A program made the translations under genes and the position numbers. A stretch of DNA of 63,188 bases, filler included, from Octopus bimaculoides (lineage: Eukaryota): NCBI RefSeq assembly GCF_001194135.2. It is 7 parts of 6 records of this genome, joined end to end, with 100 filler letters (N's around TTAATTAATTAA, not from the genome) between each part and the next. Parts side by side here need not be neighbours in the genome. Positions count along the whole stretch, not along the records: positions 25,274 to 43,113 come from NC_068990.1; positions 43,214 to 53,589 come from NC_069008.1; 5 more parts are not named here. One strand, given 5' to 3'. Numbering within the stretch: the first letter of the stretch is position 1; every line of letters begins with the position of its first letter. The notes below the pieces were generated by a model, which worked only from the letters and a program-made list of their open reading frames with translations, was not told where the DNA came from and made no database searches. Shown one piece after another: positions 35,188 to 47,994 of this stretch.

Positions 35188-35690
35188 GACACGTTTTCTT
35201 TAGTTTCACTCTACCAAATCCACTCACAAGGCTTTTGCCGACCCGAAGCTATACTAGCAGACTCTTGCACAAGGTATCACGTAGTGGGACTGAACTCGGA
35301 ACCATATGGTTGGTAAATAAAATTCTTACCACACAGCCGCGCCTTTGCCTTAAAGAGTAAAGCGGTAAGGTCCTCCCGAGACATGAACTGGCTTCATTGG
35401 ATTCAGAGTCCAGTCTACTCACCATTACACCATAGAACCAATATTTATGTACATGAAATTTCTTTTATCTTTTACTTGTTTCAGCCATTAGATTGCAGCC
35501 ATGATGGGGCACCACCTTGAAGAATTTTTTAGTCAAATGAATCGACCCAAGAACTTTCCTTTGTTTTAGATTGGTACTTATTCTGTCAGTTCCTTTGGCT
35601 GAACTGCTATGTTATGAAGACGTAAACACACCAACACTGGTTGTCAAGCTGTGATAGTGGGGAGACAACACAGACACAAAGACATACACA
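35186..35690 (-). mobile_element. Two SINE family B fragments
   Basis: 5' half at 35186-35345 and 3' half at 35461-35690. Confidence 0.75.
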
Positions 35691-35700
35691 ACGACAAACT

Positions 35701-35760
<60 letters not shown>

Positions 35761-36154
35761 TTTGTCCATATCTATTTCTATCTAGACATTTATCTAGACG
35801 CTTATACATACACGCAGATATCAGAGTATCACTGTACGAGCTAGACTGTCAAATGTTATTAGACATCGCTGCTCACAATGCGCTTCGATTTCTTTGTCGT
35901 TTGCGCTATTCTTTTTCATCTTGTTCCAAATCACTTAACTAATTCGTCTTCCCGTCGTCGTGGAGATTACTTCAGAATCACTTTTCCTGATATTTTGGAT
36001 ACTAATCGTCAACTGCACGGCTCCATCAGTTGTCTGTGAAACTTGTGACATGTCTGACTCACCAGAATTTGCACGTTCAGTATTCTGTAGCACATCTTTG
36101 ATTCCGCTCCGTTCAAGATTGATCCCATTTCGAATGTGCTCTCATAAAGATATT

Positions 36155-36198
<44 letters not shown>

Positions 36199-36753
36199 GT
36201 TTAATTAGAGTATATGGAAAAGAATTGACTCGTTGTGACATGTTGCTGTTGGAGTATAATAACGATACATTTTCAAGAACCTTTGGCAATATTTAAGAAT
36301 ATGACAGGATACGAAGAAATAAATATTTACCTTTAACAGAAAAGGAATCTTATAGGAATTTATAAGCAAATTTAAAGCTTTCTTACCAAGGAAAGTAGAA
36401 TTTTCTTCAATAAGGAATAGAATAGAAAACCAGTCAGCTATCAAGAGCTGAACTTTAGTATTGTGAGTCAAGTTAGAAAATGACGAAGTATTATGACAAT
36501 AGTTTGAATATTCAAGGTAAATAACTGCAGGCATATTTTTCTATGGGCGAACCATTACAAAAGAAACGTAATGAATATATATTCTCGTGAATGTATACGA
36601 TAAGTATTAAAACACTTACGTAGATCAGAGTCAGATCTGAAAGACCAGACGATTGTTCACAAACGTTCGTGTCAATCCTTAAAACTACCTTGTAGTTTAG
36701 CATCAAATTATATTCGAAACAGCAGGCCTATGGTCAAAGTCATTCCTGCCGTC

Positions 36754-36818
<65 letters not shown>

Positions 36819-36931
36819 CATTATTATTATTATCCTATTATGATAGGCATTGTTTCTGTTTTTAGATTCCACATTCCAGGTCTTTGTATTTTGAAAGTTT
36901 CTCCGTTTCTTTTAAAGAAACATTGTCATAT

Positions 36932-36993
<62 letters not shown>

Positions 36994-37345
36994 TATTTTA
37001 AAAAGATTGACGTAACTCTTCACAAAGGTAAACAGTAAAGACGAAAAGCACGATGCGATTATAAAAGATTTTTTTATTAGTTGAACGATATTTCGACATA
37101 AGTCTGTCTTTGTCAAGTTCAAATTCAGAAGTGATAAAAATTCAAAATTATAGAAATTTAAATTTAAAGTATGAACGAGAGCAAACAGCGTCCACACGTT
37201 GATGGAATAACATCATCAGTCTTCAAGTTTCAATTTTATAACCGGTGAAAAGAAAAAGACCGAAAATAAAGAGACAGAAAAAAAAAGGAAAGAAAAAAAG
37301 AAAAGGAAGAAAGAAGAATATTTAATCAAATGGTATTGTATAAAT

Positions 37346-37672
37346 TTAATGATATTCTCCTGTCAGTTTATTTATTCCTCCAGGGCGTGATGTTAATAAA
37401 CCGCAAACATATTTCTCCTTATGCATTCTTAGAAGTGAAAGTGAAGCAGATTCAGAACATTTTCTGAGAATATGCACTTTTAAGTCTTTCAAAATTGCAG
37501 CCGTTTGAAACGAACTGTTCGGCAAGTTCTGTCGAACTACTGTTATTGTGCCTGACGTCGAATCTGTGCCCATTAAACCTTTTGTTTAATTGTTCTGTTA
37601 TACAGCCGACATAAATCAAGTTGTGTTTCGTGCATTCTGCCGCGTACACCAAATGGGAAACTCTACATGTCC
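37346..37672 (-). mobile_element. Penelope-like GIY-YIG endonuclease fragment
   Basis: GTCRVSHLVYAAECTKHNLIYVGCITEQLNKRFNGHRFDV...LKVHIL...LLTSRPGGIN; cut 5' by (TACA)n; degenerate CTGATGA at 37219-37213 downstream. Confidence 0.85.
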
Positions 37673-37766
37673 CATACATACATACATACATACATACATA
37701 CATACATACATACATACATACATACATACGTACGTACGTACATACATACACACATACATACATACA

Positions 37767-37797
<31 letters not shown>

Positions 37798-38040
37798 TCA
37801 TATATATGCATATATATTATGTTGAGTCAAAAGTTTTGCAATATTTTTTGGTAACTTCTACAGAGGTCGACAATACCTTTCATTGTTTCGGGATTAATAA
37901 AATAAGTACTATTTGAGTACTGGGGTCGATGTAATTAACTTAACCCCTCTCCTGAAATTGCTAGCTTTTTGCCAAAATTTGGAATCAATATTTTGTTAAC
38001 TTATTTGCTTTATTCGTCAAGTTATAACCAAAGCAGCCAA

Positions 38041-38172
38041 GAATTGAAAATAGAGGCCATTGTGTTGTACCGTCCGAAGCCACCTTTCTATCAGTTCTCT
38101 GATTCCACGCTGATATCAGTTCTTGTTCTTTGAGGCGAAGATCTCCTTCATTGAAGCTTCCACCTCTTGATG
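38041..38172 (-). mobile_element. Mariner transposase C-terminus
   Basis: HQEVEASMKEIFASKNKN*YQRGIRELIERWLRTVQHNGLYF. Confidence 0.75.
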
Positions 38173-38175
38173 GTT

Positions 38176-38565
38176 ACTCTTTTACTCTTTTACTTGTTTC
38201 AGTCATTTGACTGCGGCCATGCTGAAGCACCGCCTTTAGTCGAACAAATCGACGACCCCAGGACTTATTTTTTGTAAGCCTAGTATTATTCTATCGGGCT
38301 CTTTTACCGAACTGCTAAGTTACGGGGACGTAAACACACCAGCATCGGTTGTCAAGCGATGTTAGGGGGGACAAACACAGTCACACAAACACACATATAC
38401 ATATATACGACGGGCTTTTTTCAGTTTCTGTCTACCAATTCCACTCACAAGGCTTTGGTCGGCCCGAGGCTATAGTAGAAGCCACTTGCCCAAGGTGCCA
38501 CGCAGTGGGACTGAACCCGGAACCATGTGGTTGGTAAGCAAGCTACTTACCACATAGCCACTCCT
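38176..38565 (-). mobile_element. SINE family B, full length
   Basis: Close to the family consensus; CpGs retained. Confidence 0.9.
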
Positions 38566-38689
38566 GCTGATGAAGTTCGTATAGGAAGTGAGTCAAGGAT
38601 CGGAACAAGTAATAATCCGATGGAAATATTTTCCGCAAACTTGCATAAACAATAGTTAAGCAAGGGTCAACTTACGAAAATTGTCGTCA

Positions 38690-38950
38690 ATGCATGGGCG
38701 TTTCGAACACATGGTGATGCTTGCATCTGGTGGAATCATGAGGGGATAATTTACTTCGAGTTCAGGACTGTCCAGCCATCAATGCCAACCTGGAGCATAT
38801 GTATGCCATTGTGCGGTAAAATTACCCGGCATTGGTTAACAGAAAGCGAGCTCTTCTGCAGTAAGACAACCGACCAGGAATAAGCTCCAGGAACTTGAGG
38901 AATTGAACTGATGCCGCATCCAGCATACAGTCCGGATCTAGCTACGTCGA
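38690..38950 (+). mobile_element. Mariner transposase internal fragment
   Basis: HGRFEHMVM..WWNHEGIIYFE, YPALVNRKRALLQ*DN, ELMPHPAYSPDLA. Confidence 0.8.
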
Positions 38951-39946
38951 ACAAGAAACATCACATATAGAACAATTAATGGAATACTTCTCATATGTGG
39001 ATATCGCAAGGGGAGCAATATCATATCCTGTGGATATAATAATGGGTTTGGTTCAAAATTCTAAGAAGGTTTACCAAACGGACAAACATCTGAAAAAGGC
39101 CAGAAGTTACAGCGGCGGAAACGTTGTGTCTATAACAAGGTAGATCAAAGCTGAGTATACTTGTCCGAATATATCTGTATATAAACAGTGATATATTGTG
39201 TATATTGCGTTCTTGGTGTAAAGGTGGAGCTTCCGACCACATAACATATTGCTTATAGACACCATGTTTATATTTAAAGTAGAATGCTTCTTCTTCTTCA
39301 ACTTAAAAAAACAACTTGTTTCATACAGATTGTTGGTTAGATCTTTCAGTAAACACTGACTGAAAAAAACCCATCGTCAACGGTGCTCTATCTTGATAAT
39401 CTGTTTTTCTTTTCTACACACAAAGAATGTCGGACTGTATTAAAAAGACTGTTGGGTGGTGCAATTTGAAGAAGATTTGACTGTTATTTTATGTTGGTCA
39501 AGTAATAGCTCCATTTCATCCCTATATAAGCAAGACCTACCAAACTTTCTTGGGATACCTTCTGCTATAGATTGGGTTTTTTTTTCTTACTCGAGTGGGT
39601 GGTTTATTTCTGTCGTCACATTTCTGAATACATTTAATTAAAAATATATATAGGTCTCTCAGCAACGTTTATCTCTTGTAGTAATACTGGTGCCATCCTT
39701 CATTAGGTACATACTATTAAGACTAGTATGGTAATGGCACTGAATATTAAAAAAATACGAAAAGACGAGGATTAAAGAGTATTAAAGAGCTAAAAGAAAC
39801 TGAATTGTAAACAAGGAAATTAGCGAAAATTGCTGAAGTAGAATGTCAGGTTTCTGTTGAAAAGAAAGAAGTTATGCGACAGATTCAAACTAACCGATGG
39901 CATTATTTTTTATACGGAACACTGTCATATTTTAACCAAATAAACA

Positions 39947-40011
<65 letters not shown>

Positions 40012-40312
40012 TCGTGTGTATGTGTGTGTGTGTGTATGAAAGAGAGAGAGAGTGTGCATGTGTGTGTGTGTGTGTGTGTGTGTGAGCTAGTGCGTGTTAT
40101 CTTTCTGAATTCTTTCTATACAGAAGGAAATTACTTTTTTAGCAATGAAACAAAGCGCCGTCAATGGAATTTGGATAACAACGATGGTGAAATACTGTAT
40201 GCTTAATTTCAGTAAACTTTTGCATACTTTAGCTGTTTCATTCACATATATTTGCACATATGCAGTTCTCAAATTTTGGAGATTACTGCTTAGATGTGGC
40301 TGCGATAGACGT

Positions 40313-40713
40313 AGGCGTGGCTGTGTGGTAAGGAGCACGTTTCTCAACCACATGGTTCCGGGTTCAGTCACACTTCATGGCAACTTGGGCAAGTGTCTTT
40401 CACTATGTCCTCGGACCGACCAAAGCCTTCTGAGTGGATTTGGTAGACGGAAACTAAAAGAAACCCGTCGTTTATATATATATTTTTTATGTGTCTTTGT
40501 GTCTGTGTTTGTCTCTCCAGCATCGCTTGACAACCGATGTTGGTGTCTTTGCGCTCTCGTAACTTAGCAGTTACGGCAAAAGAGACCGATAGAACAAGTA
40601 TTAGGCTTACAAAGAATAAGTCCTGGGGTCGATTTCTTCCACTAAAACCCCTTTAGGGCGGTGCTCCAGCATCGCCTTAGCTAAATGACTGAATCAAATA
40701 AAAGAATAAAAGA
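40313..40713 (+). mobile_element. SINE family B, full length
   Basis: Head, body and tail present. Confidence 0.85.
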
Positions 40714-41821
40714 ATTGACTATAGGTACATATGAGAATTTATTATTTAGACAGAGAAGGTGTTTATTTCGAAGCTGTGGCCACAAAAAATTATCTTTTCC
40801 TTTTTTTTTAAATGTTGAAAGATAATTTATGCGGAATGAAACGTTCACATCTGCAGAGCATCTGGCCTCTAATCTGTATAGTAATATTCTCTGCTCAAAA
40901 CAAGTATATCATATCGGCTATGTTTGCATTTAAATTTTTTTGTTGAAAGTTTATCACTGTTCTTAACGCTTATATATATATAACTAATTTAGAGACGAAC
41001 CACCACTCTACAACTCAGTCAACTAAGAACTCGTCCAAACCCATGCTGTGAGGCATATGCCATATCAATATCTATCTAAGATTTTAATCTAAAATTTTAA
41101 TAATATATAATATATCATATACTGTTTCTAAAAGAAAGGATAACATACTGCCAGTTGAAGCAGCTTTAAGAATCCGTCTGTAATTAGTTTTCATGCTGTG
41201 GTTGTTATTGGTGTCATCAAAGTGATTGTGGCTAACTAGTAGTTCACCGTACTACAAACACTTAAAAGTTAATAAGGTTAAAATTTAAATGGGAGGCAAA
41301 AACTAAAAAAAAAACTAAAAAAAACACTGTTCAAACACGTCAATCGCCCCGAACTGCCCTCTTCTGCCTAGCACCTATATAAAGTTTTCCATCGTTCCTT
41401 TAGTCCATTTTTAGAATCACTGGTATCAAAAAAGGCCAAGTGAGATAAAACCTGAGATTGAAGTATTTTCCTGCTGTTTTGGTCTTGCTTCCCATTGAAT
41501 ATATAACTATGAATTCTTGGAGACTGAAATGCTTGTTGTATAAGTGTACAGATTTCTTNNNNNNNNNNNNNNNNNNNNNNNNNNNNNNNNNNNNNNNNNN
41601 NNNNNNNNNNNNNNNNNNNNNNNNNNNNNNNNNNNNNNNNNNNNNNNNNNNNNNNNNNNNNNNNNNNNNNNNNNNNNNNNNNTGTATGTATGTATGTATT
41701 TATGTATGTATGTATGTATGTATGTATGTATGTATTTATGTATGTATGTATGTATTTATGTATGTATATATGTATGTATGAATGTGTATGCGCAGATTTG
41801 TATATTTTATTTTGTGTATGT

Positions 41822-42369
41822 ATTCTCAAGCATATATTTGCATATCTAGACATACTCACATAAACTTAAATGATAAACTTCTGGAAAGTTTTACATATTT
41901 ATACAGTTACAGTGATGGCTGGCATCTGTAGTCTTTGAAAGCTTAATTTCTGAAGATTGGCATTTAGGCAGTGTGTGACATCTCAGTGCCCCAACAAGTA
42001 CAGGTGTAAACCTGAACTTGTAACCTGGAAAGAGTAGCTGTAGATTTCTAAATAATTCAGCGTAGGTTTTTTCTTTTGTATGTATGTATGTATGTATGCA
42101 TGTATGTATGTATGTATGTATGTATGTATGTATGTATGTATGTCATTATTCAGTTTTATTTCAAGATCTCTTGCTGATAGAGAAAGAGCTGGTTTCTAAC
42201 CTAGATCCAAGGATATTTCATTGGAATTTCAACATCATTGGATTTCAGCAACAGTAACAAGGTATTTGTGTGTGTGTATATAAGTATGTATGTATGTATG
42301 TATGTATGTATGTATGTATGTATGTNNNNNNNNNNNNNNNNNNNNNNNNNNNNNNNNNNNNNNNNNNNN

Positions 42370-42433
<64 letters not shown>

Positions 42434-42722
42434 GTGTGCATAAGGATGTATGTATATGAGTAGATCTGTATGTTTTGTTTTATGTATGTATTCTCATGTA
42501 TATATGCTTAAATGATAAACTTCTGAAAACTTTTATAGATTTTTACAGTTCCAGTGAGGAATTGGATCTGTAGTTTTCGAATCAGGATTCTCCTTTCTGG
42601 TTTTGAGAAGCCTAATTTCTCAAGACGGGTATTAATGCAGCGTGTTACATATCCCAGTGTCCCGGAACTTGTAATCGGGATAGCTGTAGATTCCTCAATA
42701 GTTCAATGTAGGTATTTTCTTT
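41822..42722 (+). repeat. Two diverged direct copies of an unclassified 230-260 bp repeat
   Basis: cttaaatgataaacttctg(g/a)aa...cagt..cagtga...tctgtagt...gaacttgtaa...tagctgtagatt...gtagg at 41822-42080 and 42491-42722. Confidence 0.65.
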
Positions 42723-43214
42723 TTTGCTCATCTTTAGCTTTATGTTTATATCCGCTGAGCAGCTTATTTCCAGAACTGTACACAGTTTATCTTCTTTATC
42801 CCAAATTAGTATGATTGTATGTATGTATGCATGTATGTATGTATGTATGTATGTATGTATGTATGTATGTATGTATGTATGTATCCATATAAGTTTGTAT
42901 CCATGAGCTTGGGTGTATGTGTGTCTGCGTGTGTGTTTCAACTAGTTCAAGCGTTCGTGCTTTCGATCATCGAACAAACAATGACACATGTTTACACTTT
43001 TCCTTTTGTTCTATTTACAAAACTGAAAATATATACATTCCTAGTTTTCTGAAGGTAGAGACTATATATCGAAAATTCAATAGTTTGATAATAGTAATAA
43101 AAATTCTAAACTGNNNNNNNNNNNNNNNNNNNNNNNNNNNNNNNNNNNNNNNNNNNNTTAATTAATTAANNNNNNNNNNNNNNNNNNNNNNNNNNNNNNN
43201 NNNNNNNNNNNNNT

Positions 43215-43612
43215 TCATCATCATCAATATCATCATCATCATCGTCATCATCATCATCATCATCATCATCATCTTCATCATCATCGCCATCATCATCATC
43301 AATATCATCATCGTCATCATCATCATCATAATCTTTATCTTCATCATCATCATCATCAATATCATCGTCGTCATCATCATCATCATCGTCATCATTATCA
43401 TCATCTTCATCATCAGCTTTCTGGCTGGATTTGGTAGATGGAAACTGAAAGAAGTCCACTTTATATATGTGTGTGTGTGTGTCTGTGTGTGTGGTGAGAA
43501 CAGCTTTATTGCAAAAGTAGTGAGTTGGTGGTGATGATGATGATGATGATGATGGCTGTTGTGGTGGTTGTGGTGCGTGTGTGCCGTTGTGTCTGTGTTT
43601 GTCCCCCACCAC
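43215..43612 (+). repeat. (CAT)n tract running into a SINE family B fragment
   Basis: Directly visible; source of the poly-D/poly-M ORFs. Confidence 0.85.
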
Positions 43613-44467
43613 NNNNNNNNNNNNNNNNNNNNNNNNNNNNNNNNNNNNNNNNNNNNNNNNNNNNNNNNNNNNNNNNNNNNNNNNNNNNNNNNNNNNNNNN
43701 NNNNNNNNNNNNNNNNNNNNNNNNNNNNNNNNNNNNNNNNNNNNNNNNNNNNNNNNNNNNNNNNNNNNNNNNNNNNNNNNNNNNNNNNNNNNNNNNNNNN
43801 NNNNNNNNNNNNNNNNNNNNNNNNNNNNNNNNNNNNNNNNNNNNNNNNNNNNNNNNNNNNNNNNNNNNNNNNNNNNNNNNNNNNNNNNNNNNNNNNNNNN
43901 NNNNNNNNNNNNNNNNNNNNNNNNNNNNNNNNNNNNNNNNNNNNNNNNNNNNNNNNNNNNNNNNNNNNNNNNNNNNNNNNNNNNNNNNNNNNNNNNNNNN
44001 NNNNNNNNNNNNNNNNNNNNNNNNNNNNNNNNNNNNNNNNNNNNNNNNNNNNNNNNNNNNNNNNNNNNNNNNNNNNNNNNNNNNNNNNNNNNNNNNNNNN
44101 NNNNNNNNNNNNNNNNNNNNNNNNNNNNNNNNNNNNNNNNNNNNNNNNNNNNNNNNNNNNNNNNNNNNNNNNNNNNNNNNNNNNNNNNNNNNNNNNNNNN
44201 NNNNNNNNNNNNNNNNNNNNNNNNNNNNNNNNNNNNNNNNNNNNNNNNNNNNNNNNNNNNNNNNNNNNNNNNNNNNNNNNNNNNNNNNNNNNNNNNNNNN
44301 NNNNNNNNNNNNNNNNNNNNNNNNNNNNNNNNNNNNNNNNNNNNNNNNNNNNNNNNNNNNNNNNNNNNNNNNNNNNNNNNNNNNNNNNNNNNNNNNNNNN
44401 NNNNNNNNNNNNNNNNNNNNNNNNNNNNNNNNNNNNNNNNNNNNNNNNNNNNNNNNNNNNNNNNNNN

Positions 44468-44524
<57 letters not shown>

Positions 44525-44638
44525 CATATATATGTATATACATATATGAAGATGTTGGGTCAAGGTAGATAATGTTCAATGCATGATGTATCACAAAAAG
44601 CTTTTAAAATGGACAATTTATTGATTGATTAGGCTAAA

Positions 44639-44691
<53 letters not shown>

Positions 44692-44815
44692 CATATGAAT
44701 ATGTGTTCTGTATCTGTATGCGTATACGCTTAGGCGGTTATAAATTTACATGCAAAAACATGCATATGAGTAAATTAAAATTATACTGTGTAACAATATA
44801 TATATATGTATATAT

Positions 44816-45211
44816 ACTCTTTTACTTGTTTCAATCATTTGACAGCGGTCATGCTGGAGCACTGCCTTTAGTCGAGCAAATCAACCCCAGGACTTATTCT
44901 TTGTAAGCCTAGTACTTATTCTATCGGTCTCTTTTTGCCGAACTGCTAAGTTACAGGGGACGTAAACATACCAGCATCTGTTGTCAAGTGATGTTGGGGT
45001 GGGGGGACAAACACAGACACACAAACACACACATATATATATATACATATATACGACAGGCTTCTTTCAGTTTCCGTCTACCAAATCCACTCACAAGGCT
45101 TTGGTCAGCCCGAGGCTATAGTTGAAGACACTTGCCCAAGGTGCCACACAGTGGGACTGAACCCAGAACCATGTGGTTAGTAAGCAAGCTACTTACCACA
45201 CAGCCACTCCT
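44816..45211 (-). mobile_element. SINE family B, full length
   Basis: Reverse complement of the consensus. Confidence 0.9.
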
Positions 45212-45428
45212 GCACCTNNNNNNNNNNNNNNNNNNNNNNNNNNNNNNNNNNNNNNNNNNNNNNNNNNNNNNNNNNNNNNNNNNNNNNNNNNNNNNNNNNN
45301 NNNNNNNNNNNNNNNNNNNNNNNNNNNNNNNNNNNNNNNNNNNNNNNNNNNNNNNNNNNNNNNNNNNNNNNNNNNNNNNNNNNNNNNNNNNNNNNNNNNN
45401 NNNNNNNNNNNNNNNNNNNNNNNNNNNN

Positions 45429-45471
<43 letters not shown>

Positions 45472-45770
45472 GATTTAAATAATAAGGGTGATAATTTGAA
45501 TATTAATTTAATTAACATCAATTTAAAACCAGTGGTCTAGCATAAAGAAAAATCTGAAAATTCAGAAAAATCGTATTACATACGTATAAGTGGACATCCA
45601 TTATACTAGAAATAGACCATCTACAATTAAACCACAAAAGAAATGTTCTCTAGAAAAATTCTGCACACACCAGAACATAAACAGACAAGACAAATGAAAA
45701 TATACAAAATAAAATACACACACACACTCACACACACATATATATATATGTACATATATATTGTCTATGG

Positions 45771-46200
45771 TCAGTAAGTGGTATTTCCTATTTGCTTTCT
45801 ATCTAGAAATCAGAGGAAATAACTATTGTTCCCTTCAAACTGGTGGTTTTGTAACCTGGACATCAATGTTTTGAAACTGACCTATTTTTCCATTACATTT
45901 CAGACAGATTCAGTGCTGAATTGCTGAAGCAGAAATATCGTTAAAGCAAATATTCTGCTCAATACCACAAATTAGCTGGTTGTCTTTGATCAGTAAGTGT
46001 TATTTCATATTAGCTTATATTTAGAAATCAAAGGAAATTAATGTTGTTAACTTTGCTTTTGTCACCTGGACATCAATATTTTGAAACTGAACTATTTTCC
46101 ATCACATTTCAAACAGATTCAACACTGAGTTGCTCAAGCAGAAATATCGTTATAGCAAATATTCTGCTTAATACCACAGATTTGCTTGTCAGTTGTTTGA
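45771..46200 (+). repeat. Tandem duplication with about 219-bp period
   Basis: tcagtaagtg at 45771 and 45990; shared cctggacatcaat.ttttgaaactga and gcagaaatatcgtta.agcaaatattctgct.aataccaca. Confidence 0.8.
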
Positions 46201-46477
46201 CCTTAACCAGTTGAGCATATCCCTTGGTGGCTGACGATATGTGCATCTCTGATCACGAGCAGAAGTAGTGGGGGAGCATCATAGCCATGTGTTGAGAGGA
46301 ATTCTTTGGGGTTTGAATAAATATTATAACAAAAGTAAAGTTGGAAGGAAATATTAGCCATTTATTATACTTTCTAGGGGTTAATCAAATAGGAAATAAC
46401 AGTTTCTAGCCAAGGACCAAAATCATGTTACTCAGTGTTATTAAATATATCTTTTTTCTTTTATTTGTTTCATTAGA

Positions 46478-46925
46478 TTGTGGCCAAGAAGGAAAGTTGT
46501 AAATCTAGTCGAGTTAACGGTTCCTCATGAAGATAACATGGACGCCGCACGGGTTCAAAAGGTTGACCGTTATGTAAACCTCCTCGAGAAATGTGAAGAC
46601 GCAGGCTGGAAAGCGGAGCATTTTCCAATCGAAGTTGGAAGTAGAGGGTTTGTTGGACACAGTGTGAGACGACTGCTGTTATATACCGCCTTGACCGATA
46701 TCCAAAATACAGTGGAGAAGGCTAGCCACTGGATTTGGTTAAAAAGAGACGATGAGCGATGGCCAAAAGCATACTGAACTTTATTTAATAACCAGTTGAT
46801 CTAGCAAGTGGGGCCTCATATCAGTGAGGGTGGGGGCGGTGCGCATTGATGCCGTTGAGAGGTAGGCCCCAAAACGGCGCGCATCCTCGACTGGTAGCAC
46901 TTGCATGTGCGAGTTGTTTGCAAGA
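46478..46925 (+). mobile_element. HERO-like non-LTR retrotransposon 3' end: restriction-like endonuclease + 3' UTR
   Basis: Uninterrupted 99-codon frame LVELTVPHEDNM..A...K..RY..L...C...GW....PIEVGSRGF...AS.WIWLKR....W; clade assignment is from motif recall. Confidence 0.75.
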
Positions 46926-46933
46926 CATTGTTT

Positions 46934-47415
46934 TTCTTTTATTTGTTTCAGTCATTTTGACTGTGGCCATGCTGGGGCACCAGCTTGAAGAATTTATCTC
47001 AAACAAATCAACTCCAGGACTTGTGTTTTTGTTTTTTTTAGAGCCTGGTGCTTATTCTATTGGTATCTTGCTAAATTGCTTAGTAATGGTGACGTAAACA
47101 AATCAACACTGGTCGTCAAACAGGAGTGGTGAGATAAACACAAGCACAAACACACACACACAAATATACACACAAATATACACATTTCATTGTGATATGT
47201 GGTTTGTGCCTGATGAATATATCTGAGACATTTCTCAACATACGAAACTATCAGTAGCACTTAAAGACATGTATTGAGTCCTTTAGATAATTATATATAT
47301 ACACAACAAACTTCTTTCGGTTTTCTGTTTACCAGATCCACTCACAAGGCTTTGGTCGGCCCAAGGCTATAGTAGAAGACACTTGCCCAAGGTGCCACGC
47401 AGTGGGATTGAACCC
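46934..47415 (-). mobile_element. SINE family B with an internal insertion
   Basis: 3' half 46934-47150 and 5' half 47305-47415; foreign segment at about 47185-47290. Confidence 0.8.
47206..47260 (+). ncRNA. Degenerate hammerhead-like motif
   Basis: GTGC-CTGATGA(47210-47216)-atatatc-TGAGA-catt-TCTCA-acatac-GAAA(47244-47247)-CTATC-AGTAGCAC. Confidence 0.45.
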
Positions 47416-47963
47416 GGCGGCAGCGGTGGAGGTGATGGTGGTCACTGTTGTTGTTATTGTCATGGAAAGGGTGATAATGATGATGATGATGAGGAGGAGG
47501 AGGAGGAGGAGGAGGAGGAGGAAGAGGAGAATACTTGATTATCAGCGTGATCGTTGCCAGCNNNNNNNNNNNNNNNNNNNNNNNNNNNNNNNNNNNNNNN
47601 NNNNNNNNNNNNNNNNNNNNNNNNNNNNNNNNNNNNNNNNNNNNNNNNNNNNNNNNNNNNNNNNNNNNNNNNNNNNNNNNNNNNNNNNNNNNNNNNNNNN
47701 NNNNNNNNNNNNNNNNNNNNNNNNNNNNNNNNNNNNNNNNNNNNNNNNNNNNNNNNNNNNNNNNNNNNNNNNNNNNNNNNNNNNNNNNNNNNNNNNNNNN
47801 NNNNNNNNNNNNNNNNNNNNNNNNNNNNNNNNNNNNNNNNNNNNNNNNNNNNNNNNNNNNNNNNNNNNNNNNNNNNNNNNNNNNNNNNNNNNNNNNNNNN
47901 NNNNNNNNNNNNNNNNNNCAGTCAAACCGTCCAACCCATGCCAGCATGGAAAGCGGATGTTAA

Positions 47964-47994
<31 letters not shown>

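Noticed and set aside
36620-36636. 17-nt minus-strand micro-exon candidate
   Set aside because: Not distinguishable from chance splice motifs without RNA data.
39040-39290. Possible piggyBac-like Cys-rich tail
   Set aside because: Cys spacing is not recoverable; too degenerate.
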